Source: Candidatus Micrarchaeaceae archaeon (lineage in GTDB: Archaea > Micrarchaeota > Micrarchaeia > Micrarchaeales > CABMGC01). From it: 24,453 nucleotides of DNA. The position numbers and the translations under genes were made by a program. The notes below the pieces were generated by a model. The model had not been told where the DNA came from. It ran no database searches and worked only from the letters and a program-made list of their open reading frames with translations. Numbering within the stretch: the first letter of the stretch is position 1; the number at the start of each line of letters is the position of its first letter. Shown here piece by piece: positions 16,751 to 24,453 of this stretch. The stretch is from the NCBI GenBank assembly GCA_038877255.1, contig JAVYWZ010000009.1, positions 5,200-29,652 on the forward strand, in the 5' to 3' direction.

Positions 16751-17728
16751 ATGGTAGAGCAATCCAATATGCCATGGATAGAGAAGTATAGACCAAAGAG
16801 ATTAGATGACATAATAGGCCAAAGCGCGATAGTAGAGAGATTGAAGGCGTTTGTAACAACAAGAAATTTTCCTAACATGATCTTTTCAGGCCCTGCAGGC
16901 GTTGGCAAAACAACTGCCGCAATAGCGTTTGCAAACGAGCTCTATGGCGATAACATCGCATCGTATTTTCTTGAGACAAATGCAAGCGACGCGAGAGGCA
17001 TAGACGTTATACGTGGCAGGATAAAAGAATTTGCAAAAACGATGCCACTGCAATCATCGCTTATTAAAATAGCATTCCTTGACGAGGCCGATGCACTTAC
17101 GCCTGAGGCGCAGCATGCACTAAGGCGTACTATGGAAAAATACTCAGAAACAACAAGATTTATATTCAGCGCAAACTACGCAAGCAAGATCATAGAGCCG
17201 ATACAGAGCAGATGCGTAGTGCTTAGATTCAGGCCACTTAATGAGGAGCAGGTAAAGAGCTACATTAAAAGGATAGAGGAGAGCGAGGCCCTTGAAATAG
17301 ATGACAAGGCAGTTGAAGCGCTTGTTTATGTAGGTGAAGGCGATCTTAGAAAGCTTACAAACGTATTGCAAGGCGCAGCAGCCATGAATGCTAAAATAAC
17401 AGACAGGGAGATATATGACATTGCCTCAAGGGCAAAGCCGAAGGAGATAATAAGCATGCTCCGCTACGCTGTTTCTGGCGATTTCTCAAAAGCGCGCAAC
17501 GAACTTGATACGCTAATGCTGGAGAATGGAATGAGCGGCGAGGACATACTGATACAGTGCTATAGAGAAGTGCTCAACATGCAGGTAAATGATGAGCAAA
17601 AGCTGGAGCTTGTAAAAGAGATAGGCGATTGCAACTACAAAATAGTAGAAGGGGCAAACGAGCGCATACAACTAGAGGCAATGCTAGCAAGACTTGCAAT
17701 CATAGGAAAACAGCACATTAAGAATTAG
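16751..17728 (+). CDS. rfcS: Replication factor C small subunit
   Basis: PWIEKYRP, GPAGVGKTT, NASDARG, LDEAD, SRC motif; no intein. Confidence 0.97.
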   Translation: MVEQSNMPWIEKYRPKRLDDIIGQSAIVERLKAFVTTRNFPNMIFSGPAGVGKTTAAIAFANELYGDNIASYFLETNASDARGIDVIRGRIKEFAKTMPLQSSLIKIAFLDEADALTPEAQHALRRTMEKYSETTRFIFSANYASKIIEPIQSRCVVLRFRPLNEEQVKSYIKRIEESEALEIDDKAVEALVYVGEGDLRKLTNVLQGAAAMNAKITDREIYDIASRAKPKEIISMLRYAVSGDFSKARNELDTLMLENGMSGEDILIQCYREVLNMQVNDEQKLELVKEIGDCNYKIVEGANERIQLEAMLARLAIIGKQHIKN

Positions 17729-18329
17729 GCGCATTTGGTTTTTGCATCTCTCTGCTTATGACCTGCGGTGCTCGCGCAAATGTCAAGTAACCAGTGTGCC
17801 ATATGCCTTTTGTGCTGGGTCTTGTGCCCTCTTTTCTTACCAGTATGTCGCGCACTATTACTTCAACAGTATATGCATCTTCAAATCTCAGGCGCTCCAG
17901 CTTTTCAACATACGTTTTGACCTGCTCCATATTCGGCAAATACGAGACAACGCAGCCATCTGGTCTCAGCGCTTTTTTCACGTTTTTAAGCGCCTTTTCA
18001 GGATTTGGTAGGTCTAATGTCACCAAATCAACTCCACGCTCATCTATTTTCTTGAAAACATCCCCTTCCTTGAAGGTTATATTGTCCAGGCCCAGGATTT
18101 CCTTGTTCTTATTTGCTATGCTTAGAAAATCATGCCTCAGGTCATAGCTAATGACACGCTTGCACAGGCGCGCAAGTGAAAGCGCAAGCCAGCCACTTCC
18201 CGTACCTGCGTCAACACAAACGCTTTCCTTACTTATGCCAGAATAAGCGATTATTATTCCAATATCTTTTGGCAGGATCACCTGCGGACCACGCCTCAAC
18301 TTTCGATATGTTTTAGGGTATATGAACAT
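17718..18329 (-). CDS. trmI: tRNA (adenine-N1)-methyltransferase TrmI/GCD14 family, N-terminally short
   Basis: RGPQVILPKD, DAGTGSG, LDLP.P, P.MEQV, TRP....HTGYLTFAR. Confidence 0.9.
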   Translation of the reverse strand: MFIYPKTYRKLRRGPQVILPKDIGIIIAYSGISKESVCVDAGTGSGWLALSLARLCKRVISYDLRHDFLSIANKNKEILGLDNITFKEGDVFKKIDERGVDLVTLDLPNPEKALKNVKKALRPDGCVVSYLPNMEQVKTYVEKLERLRFEDAYTVEVIVRDILVRKEGTRPSTKGIWHTGYLTFARAPQVISREMQKPNAPNS

Positions 18330-18383
18330 TTCTTATCACTTTTTATTTATCCTCATGTGTCTTTCCGCATAACCATTGCAAAA

Positions 18384-20477
18384 TTACAGCGCAGTTTTAG
18401 CATCTTCTTTGCCGTGCTCTTTGCTTTTTCTTTTGTTGTTCCAGTCTTTTTTGCTCGAGCAGTTAGGATCAAGGTCCATTGTGAATACCTTGCCCCTCAT
18501 GAATACCTTTACTATAGGCGTATGGCAGATTTCGCACACCTTGCCTGTAGGAACTATTGTAGCGTTTGCAGGCAACGGATAGCTTGTCTGGCATTTGGGC
18601 CAGTTGCTGCACCTTACATAGTTCTTTCCATTCGCAGAATGCATAAGCAAAAGATCGCCGCCGCAATTCGGGCATTTGCCCAGTACATTCGCTTTTTCAC
18701 TCTCTACAATTCCAGAGAGCAATGCCTCGCCTATTTCTTTTTCATTGGCCTTGAACTTATCTATTGCCTGGGTTATTATGACCTTGCCCTCGTTTATAAC
18801 GTCATCCTTTTTTACGGCTCCGTGCGCAACACCGTCCATGTCAGTTTCAAGTTTTCTTGTAAGGTTTTCATCTATTATCTCAGGCGCATATTTGCTTAGC
18901 GCAGCGCACACGCTATATCCAAGTTTGGTTATCTCGAGTTTTGAGCTCCTAACATAACCGCGTTTGAACAGCGTATCTATTATCTCAGCGCGTGTAGCTT
19001 TTGTTCCCAGATTCTTCTCTTCCAAAAGCGCTATGAGGCTTGCTTTTGTATACCGTTCTGGCGGCTTTGTCTTCTGCTTCTTGTACTCTGCTTTGTTTAT
19101 ATCAATGACCTCGCCCTTCTCAAATCGCTGAAGCGGCAATTCTTTCACTTTATAAAATGGATAGAATGATAGCCAACCTTCATTGACGACTCTGCTTCCT
19201 TTCGCTTCGTACGCCTCGCCGTTTACATCAAGCATGGCCTTTGCCTCTTCTATTTCAGCATAAGGCGCGAAAGCAGCAAGAAACCTGCGTACTACAAGAT
19301 CGTATATTTTCTCCTCTTCTTGCGTGAGCTTTTTAGGCTGCTCGCCAGTAGGGAATATTGCTGGGTGTGCTTCGTCTTCCTTCTTGCCCTCTGCAGGCAC
19401 GAAGCGCCTCTCGTTCAACAACGACATTGCAAGTTCCTTATACTTTTCCTGTTGCGAAATGCTTTCAATTATACGTGGCAGGTTGAGCGTCTTCGGAAGC
19501 TTCTGCGACGATGTTCTTGGATATGAAATATATGAATGCTCGTAGAGGGATTGCGCTATTGCAAGGGTTCTTGAAGGATCTATGCCATGCGCGCCGCTAG
19601 CTGCCAGCTGCAGAGACGTAAGGTCGAACGGAGGCAAAGGCCTTAATTTTAAGCTCTTTGTCTCAAAGCTTGCTACTATGGCCTTGCCTTCTGTTTTTGC
19701 GTTATCAACAAGCTCCTTGGCTTTTGATTCTTCGAATATCTGACCCCTAGAGTTCCTGAACCGCGTTCCTTTTGCAGTGATGAAAACTTCGAAAAAATCC
19801 TTTGGAACAAAACTTTTTATTTCCTGGTCGCGCTTTACGAGTATCGCTAGCGCTGGGCCTTGAACCCTGCCTATGCTTAAAGTTTTATACTTGCCTGCTT
19901 TAGACAGCGCTCGCATGAGGGCTCTGCTCAGATTTATGCCCCAGAACCAATCAAGTATGTGCCTTGTAGCGCCAGCCTCAAAATTTCCCTTGTCAAAGGC
20001 TTTGATGTTTGCATAAGCAGCCGAAAGGTCTGCCTTTGTAGTCGTTGAAAAGTGCATTCTTCTTACGGTATCTGAGCTTATCTCTTTGTTTGGATCAGAG
20101 TAAAGCAGATAACTTATTATGTTGCTTCCTATGACACTTCCTTCTATGTCGTAGTCGCACGCATTTATGAAGAATTTGCAATTCTTACCAACACTACTTA
20201 TCACATCAAGGTATTTTTTTGTATAATAAGCAAACTTGTTGGCCTTGTACGACGGCACCCATTCAACATCGAAAATAGGCAATTCTGATGATTTGCCTTT
20301 CTGAGCTACCGTGAATAAATGGCCTACTGCCGCAACTACATAAAGCCTGTCACCGCCGCTGCTCAGCTCGAAATAGCTAACTCCATTGACGTATCTTCTC
20401 ACAGGCCTGCCATCGCCAAGTGAAAGCGCAAGCCGCAACGCTACGCTTGGTTTTTCTGCCACTATGAGCTTGTCCAT
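18384..20477 (-). CDS. topA: Type IA DNA topoisomerase
   Basis: LIVAEKPS, ACDYDIEG (TOPRIM), SIGRVQ, ISYPRT catalytic Tyr, LGTKATR, C-terminal Cys zinc ribbons; start MDKL at 20477. Confidence 0.97.
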   Translation of the reverse strand: MDKLIVAEKPSVALRLALSLGDGRPVRRYVNGVSYFELSSGGDRLYVVAAVGHLFTVAQKGKSSELPIFDVEWVPSYKANKFAYYTKKYLDVISSVGKNCKFFINACDYDIEGSVIGSNIISYLLYSDPNKEISSDTVRRMHFSTTTKADLSAAYANIKAFDKGNFEAGATRHILDWFWGINLSRALMRALSKAGKYKTLSIGRVQGPALAILVKRDQEIKSFVPKDFFEVFITAKGTRFRNSRGQIFEESKAKELVDNAKTEGKAIVASFETKSLKLRPLPPFDLTSLQLAASGAHGIDPSRTLAIAQSLYEHSYISYPRTSSQKLPKTLNLPRIIESISQQEKYKELAMSLLNERRFVPAEGKKEDEAHPAIFPTGEQPKKLTQEEEKIYDLVVRRFLAAFAPYAEIEEAKAMLDVNGEAYEAKGSRVVNEGWLSFYPFYKVKELPLQRFEKGEVIDINKAEYKKQKTKPPERYTKASLIALLEEKNLGTKATRAEIIDTLFKRGYVRSSKLEITKLGYSVCAALSKYAPEIIDENLTRKLETDMDGVAHGAVKKDDVINEGKVIITQAIDKFKANEKEIGEALLSGIVESEKANVLGKCPNCGGDLLLMHSANGKNYVRCSNWPKCQTSYPLPANATIVPTGKVCEICHTPIVKVFMRGKVFTMDLDPNCSSKKDWNNKRKSKEHGKEDAKTAL

Positions 20478-20478
20478 T

Positions 20479-20673
20479 CTACCTTCTCTTCTTGCCTGTG
20501 GATGCGCTAGCCTGTTTTTCAGCTCTAGATTCCGCAGATGCGGCATACGCAAGATAGAAGCCTATGGCAATTGCCAGCACGGCCAGCAGGTAAAAAAGGG
20601 CCATGGAACTAAGCACAAAAGCAACTATAGCAAAAATGCCCAGCAAAACTACAAGTACAGCGATAGAAAGCAT
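20479..20673 (-). CDS. Small two-TM membrane protein
   Basis: Two hydrophobic segments and a basic tail; stop lies 1 nt before the topA start. Confidence 0.7.
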   Translation of the reverse strand: MLSIAVLVVLLGIFAIVAFVLSSMALFYLLAVLAIAIGFYLAYAASAESRAEKQASASTGKKRR

Positions 20674-20912
20674 GCGCTTCTCAGAGGCAGCGTATTCCGT
20701 ATAATCACGCGCACTACTTTTTATGGCAAAAGCGAACTGCCCTTACCTTACGGACAGACTTCTGCCACGTCCACAACTTTTGAGCTTCTCGCTTCAATAG
20801 ATATGCTTGCTTATGTATAGGAATATGGATTTCATATTCCAATATATATAAAGCAGAGGCATAATCCTCCGCGAGCATTTAACCTGCGTTCCGCAGGCGA
20901 GCCATTTCCGGC
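20674..20912 (-). ncRNA. Putative structured RNA / 5' leader, family unknown
   Basis: At least five stems with G-U pairs only on the minus strand, starting about 22 nt downstream of a BRE/TATA. Confidence 0.5.
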
Positions 20913-20932
20913 AATACTATTACTTAGCATGA

Positions 20933-20946
20933 CTATAAATATCTTT
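20933..20946 (-). promoter_or_regulatory. BRE/TATA promoter
   Basis: AAAGATATTTATAG, identical to the rps15 upstream element. Confidence 0.65.
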
Positions 20947-20986
20947 GCTCGCTTCATGCGCTTGCCGAATGTGAATTCCCGATCAC

Positions 20987-21012
20987 TGATCAATATTATT
21001 GATCAATATTAT
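20987..21012. repeat. 13-bp tandem repeat containing an inverted repeat
   Basis: TGATCAATATTAT x2; TGATCAATA-T-TATTGATCA. Confidence 0.9.
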
Positions 21013-21263
21013 AAAAGTGAGCGGAAAACTTCTATTCTTCAGATAGGGGATGAGAGCGAACCGCATAAATGCATATAAATTTTAAGATGCATGAAGATAT
21101 GGCTGTCATGAAAACTGCATCTAAACACAGAGTATATCCTTCAATGGAGCAAAAGACAAAATCAGATAGGCAGTTGCCGGCGAAGCAGGAAGTATACAGG
21201 CATCATGACAACCAATAAAGTTACTATGGAAGCTCCCAACCTTCAGTTGGGAGAGGATGTCAC
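21013..21263 (+). mobile_element. Non-autonomous miniature IS200/IS605-family element (PATE-like, internally deleted tnpB)
   Basis: Left hairpin CTTCTATTC-TTCA-GATAGGGG (21029-21049), right hairpin CTCCCAACC-TTCA-GTTGGGAG (21233-21253) then AGGATGTCAC; TTAT target motif at 21009-21012. Confidence 0.85.
21099..21218 (+). pseudogene. tnpB: tnpB remnant (N-terminal HTH start fused to the 3' end)
   Basis: MAVMKTASKHRVYPSMEQKTKSDRQLPAKQE..., matching the TnpB N-terminal K.R(L/I)YP..EQ pattern. Confidence 0.75.
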
Positions 21264-21290
21264 AAATGCTAGGATTAATGCATAATGTAA

Positions 21291-21701
21291 ATGTTGTGCG
21301 AAAGGCATGTGAATGCCATACATGATGTGGGTGCTAATTTGGCAAGCGAACTGTTTGTAGTGGTGCTTACGCTGATAGCAGCCGCAGTAGCAGCATACGC
21401 ACAATACATATTCAAGAAGTATGTCAGATCCTTCAACTTAAAATTTAAAGAAATGCTGCAAACGATTTTTGAGAAACACGTACTTTTCGGAATCTGCTTA
21501 TACGTATTGAGTTTTGTGTTTTACATATACGCTCTGCACGTTGCGCCAATAATCTCGTTTGTGTACCCTATATTTGCAAGCACGTTTGTCTTCGTATTTC
21601 TTATATCCAAATTTGTGCTTAAGGAGCCGATAGGCAGCATCAGACTCATAGGAATAGTGCTGATCGTTATCGGCATAATTGCCGTAACGGCTACGTACTA
21701 A
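21291..21701 (+). CDS. Small 4-TM DMT/EamA-like (SMR / ArnE-ArnF-like) transporter subunit
   Basis: AQYIFK, ISFVYP, LKEP....R.IG...I..GI pattern; alternative TTG start at 21339 after GGGTG. Confidence 0.85.
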   Translation: MLCERHVNAIHDVGANLASELFVVVLTLIAAAVAAYAQYIFKKYVRSFNLKFKEMLQTIFEKHVLFGICLYVLSFVFYIYALHVAPIISFVYPIFASTFVFVFLISKFVLKEPIGSIRLIGIVLIVIGIIAVTATY

Positions 21702-21710
21702 CGTGATATA

Positions 21711-22049
21711 ATGCACGAGAGCAAAACCACATATGCGCTTATTCTGCTTGTAAGCACATCACTTGGAGCGCTAGGCCAGGTATTCTTCAAGATAGGAGTA
21801 ATGAGCCAAACCGCGCTGCTTATTTCTGAGTATTTAATTATTGGCATAATATTTTATATAGCATCAACTGTCATTTACTTCTACGTGCTTAGCCGCACGC
21901 ATCTCAGTTGGGCATATGGCTTTACAGGATTGAGCTACATCTTTGCAAGTCTTATTGCGTTTGTGTTCCTTGCCGAAAGCGTACCTCTATTAAGATGGAT
22001 TGGCATATTCATGATAGCAATAGGCACAGCGCTTATAGGCGTGAGCTGA
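21711..22049 (+). CDS. Small 4-TM DMT/EamA-like transporter subunit (partner)
   Basis: GQVFFK.G, LS...LSWAY, L.E.V...RWIG...I..G pattern. Confidence 0.88.
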   Translation: MHESKTTYALILLVSTSLGALGQVFFKIGVMSQTALLISEYLIIGIIFYIASTVIYFYVLSRTHLSWAYGFTGLSYIFASLIAFVFLAESVPLLRWIGIFMIAIGTALIGVS

Positions 22050-22107
22050 GTCTCTGCAATATGTTCTAAAATAAGCACTGCACAGGCCCAAGGCCATAGC
22101 AAAGTGG

Positions 22108-22449
22108 TTATTGCTTTCTCTTATTAGTTCCTTCGGCTTCTCCTATCTCTGCACTTGCCTTGTTCTGACTTATTCCAAGGGACACAAACTTGTAGCCTAC
22201 GTTAGCAAAAAGAAAGAGCACCAGAATCTTAACTATGAAAACAACCAACGAATCGGAGCTGCTAAGCAGGCCTGAAACCAGACCGTTTATTGATGTACTT
22301 ATAGAGGCTATAGAGCTGTTTGTTGTTGGAATGCCAAGAGGTACGCCGGTGGCCTGAGCTATGCTTATGTAAAATTTGTATGCGAGATAAAGGGTAGCAA
22401 CTAAAATAACAATTCCAATTATTATCATTGAATTTCCAAGTATCGACAC
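22108..22449 (-). CDS. Hypothetical membrane protein
   Basis: Two TM segments, GTG start with AGGTGA SD. Confidence 0.75.
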   Translation of the reverse strand: MSILGNSMIIIGIVILVATLYLAYKFYISIAQATGVPLGIPTTNSSIASISTSINGLVSGLLSSSDSLVVFIVKILVLFLFANVGYKFVSLGISQNKASAEIGEAEGTNKRKQ

Positions 22450-22603
22450 CCTTTCACCTTGTTTGCCTCAGGAGCTTTTGATACATCCATTAACTAATTC
22501 ATGGACAACGCAGCCGAACAAAATAACGATATGCGTTTAAACGAAAAGATATATATAATATTTGTGTTTGGAAAAAGTCATGAGAGTTTATAACGGTGCT
22601 GAA

Positions 22604-23503
22604 TTGAACACAATAACAATAGGAATCGGTGGCAACGCACTGCTTAATCCGAAAGGTAGCCAAAGAGTCTCGGGCGAGCTCGCAACTACAAATCGCATTG
22701 CCAAAGCAATAGCAAAGCTTTCTAACAAATACAAAATAATAGTAACGCACGGCAACGGCACGCAAGTGGGCGATGAGCTATTGAAGAATATCAATGCAAG
22801 TGTGGAGCCGCTCCCGCTTTACCTGCTCAACGCAGAAACGCAAGCATCGATAGGTTCTGTACTTGAAAATGCGATAAATAATCAAAAGCCCAAAAGGCAG
22901 TTTTGCACTATTGTAACGCATGTGTCAGTAAGCCCAAAAGATCCCGCATTCAAAAGGCCAACAAAACCTATAGGCCCGTTTTATAGCAAGACCCAGCTTA
23001 AAGAAGAGCTAAAACACGAAAAATTTGCTTATATTAAAGAAAGAGGCATGTTCCGCAGGGTAGTTGCATCGCCCATGCCAAAGAGAGTGTTAGAGCTCGG
23101 GGCCATAATGCACTTGTCTAAATCGTTCAACATAATATGTGGCGGTGGCGGCGGCATACCTGTATATTATAATGGCAGAGCATATTCAGGAGCAAATGCA
23201 GTAATAGACAAGGACTTCACTACGCAGCTAATCGCAACAGGCATTGGAGCCGAAAGGCTTGTGCTGCTTACCAATGTTGATTTTGTATACGGCTCGCTAG
23301 ATGACAAACGCTCGGCAATAAAACACATACACGCAAATGAACTCAAGCACATGCTTACTGATTTTGAAGAGGGTACAATAAGGCCAAAGCTCGAAGCCGC
23401 AATAAAATTTGTTGAGCATGGAGGAAAGCTAGCGCAGATCGGAAACATAATTGCGATAGAAAAGGTGCTAAATGGAAGGGAAGGAACTAGCATAACTTTA
23501 TGA
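22604..23503 (+). CDS. arcC: Carbamate kinase
   Basis: GGNAL, THGNG.QVG, DPAF..PTKPIGPFY, RRVVASP.P, GGGGIPV, AVIDKD; start 22580 (ATG) or 22604 (TTG after GGTG). Confidence 0.93.
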   Translation: MNTITIGIGGNALLNPKGSQRVSGELATTNRIAKAIAKLSNKYKIIVTHGNGTQVGDELLKNINASVEPLPLYLLNAETQASIGSVLENAINNQKPKRQFCTIVTHVSVSPKDPAFKRPTKPIGPFYSKTQLKEELKHEKFAYIKERGMFRRVVASPMPKRVLELGAIMHLSKSFNIICGGGGGIPVYYNGRAYSGANAVIDKDFTTQLIATGIGAERLVLLTNVDFVYGSLDDKRSAIKHIHANELKHMLTDFEEGTIRPKLEAAIKFVEHGGKLAQIGNIIAIEKVLNGREGTSITL

Positions 23504-23574
23504 CGCACTTACGTTAGACTGCAATGGTGCTGGCACCATATTTAAATATAAATGCAGAAGTATAAGCGGATTTT

Positions 23575-24267
23575 ATGCAGGCCGCACTGCTTGTAGGTGG
23601 CAGCTCAGGGAGAAGCAGCGTGCTAAATCGCACTGTACCTAGATCATTGCTCATAATAGCAGGCAAACCACTAATCGAATGGCAGTTTAATTGGCTCGCC
23701 GCAAACGGAATAAGGTCAGTAACACTCCTTGCAGATGCGTCGTATGAAGCGGTAACAAAAACAGCCCAAAAATTGGGCAGAAAGAAAGACATTAGCGTTG
23801 ATTACGTAATAGAAAAATCGCCACTAGGTACCAGCGGTGCGCTAAAACACGCAGAAAACGTGCTCGGCAATGAAAACTTTATTGCAGTAAACGGCGATGT
23901 GATAACAAACTTGAAAATAAGCAAGATGCACCTTGGCAACAGCGTTATTGCGATGGCACTTGTGCCCCTGCGCACAAGTTACGGCATAGTGGAAGAAAAA
24001 GGAGGTAAGATAATAGGATTCAGGGAAAAACCGCTGCTAAAAGAATATTGGATAAATGCGGGCGTGTACTTAGCCAGCAAGAGCATTTTTGATTACCTGC
24101 CGGTTAAGGGCGACCTCGGAAAAACAGTACTTACAGAGTTGAGTTGGAAAGGCCTCCTGTGCGGAGTAAAGTACAAGAATGCATATTGGCGTTCCATCGA
24201 TACTAATGCTGACTTGCAAACTGCGTCTAGAGACCTGAGAAAAATACGCATAACAAATATTCACTGA
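23575..24267 (+). CDS. Sugar-phosphate nucleotidyltransferase family protein (NTP_transferase), degenerate signature
   Basis: AGKPLIEW, EKSPLGTSGAL, VNGD, YG.V, FREKP, INAGVY, W.SIDT. Confidence 0.88.
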   Translation: MQAALLVGGSSGRSSVLNRTVPRSLLIIAGKPLIEWQFNWLAANGIRSVTLLADASYEAVTKTAQKLGRKKDISVDYVIEKSPLGTSGALKHAENVLGNENFIAVNGDVITNLKISKMHLGNSVIAMALVPLRTSYGIVEEKGGKIIGFREKPLLKEYWINAGVYLASKSIFDYLPVKGDLGKTVLTELSWKGLLCGVKYKNAYWRSIDTNADLQTASRDLRKIRITNIH

Positions 24268-24453
24268 ACTCGAACTATAAAATAAGCTTGCACGCGCATT
24301 CTATCCGCATGCTATTCTCCAAAAGAACCACGAAAAGGATTAGAAATTCAGAAAGCAATAGCACCAACCTGCTGAGTGTATAGCTCATATTTATAAAACT
24401 TATTGTGGAAGTAAATATGGGTGTTTAGAGCATATTCTAATGATATTCCCCAC

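Noticed and set aside
18357..20820. Long plus-strand ORFs opposite topA (180 aa, 144 aa) and similar antisense ORFs elsewhere
   Set aside because: Shadow frames of well-supported genes, with no motifs.
20674..20912. SRP RNA, RNase P RNA or tRNA identity for the structured region
   Set aside because: No SRP helix-8 motif, no GAGGAAAGUCC, no cloverleaf or T-loop found by eye.
24275..24388. 37-codon hydrophobic ORF on the minus strand
   Set aside because: Too short, no homology signal, and its start is too close to the nearby TATA-like site.

Overview
Compact archaeal chromosomal window, most consistent with a DPANN Micrarchaeota (ARMAN-like) genome. The taxonomy is inferred from the gene set, the divergent stand-alone 16S and its intron. 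Most of the window is housekeeping: CYTH protein, ABC-2 exporter, radical SAM enzyme, rps19e-PDCD5-rpl39e-rpl31e, rpoL, DUF99, DUF488, rps3ae, rps15, valS, tfb, pfdA-ftsY, rfcS, trmI, topA, a small DMT-type transporter pair, carbamate kinase and a nucleotidyltransferase. Highlights: (1) The 16S gene (about 7378-9351) sits in a canonical bulge-helix-bulge (BHB) processing stem and carries a 489-nt BHB-type intron (8430-8918) encoding a degenerate LAGLIDADG protein. The intron is exactly 163 codons with no in-frame stop, so the excised circle would carry an endless ORF. (2) There are compensated substitutions in near-universal 16S positions (central pseudoknot, decoding helix 44). (3) A 251-bp internally deleted IS200/IS605 (tnpB) element with both ends intact is inserted into a predicted TATA box. 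(4) An unassigned, strongly structured ~240-nt RNA leader precedes the topA operon. (5) A frameshifted TFS-like zinc-ribbon remnant follows the CYTH gene. All calls come from reading the sequence; no database searches were run.
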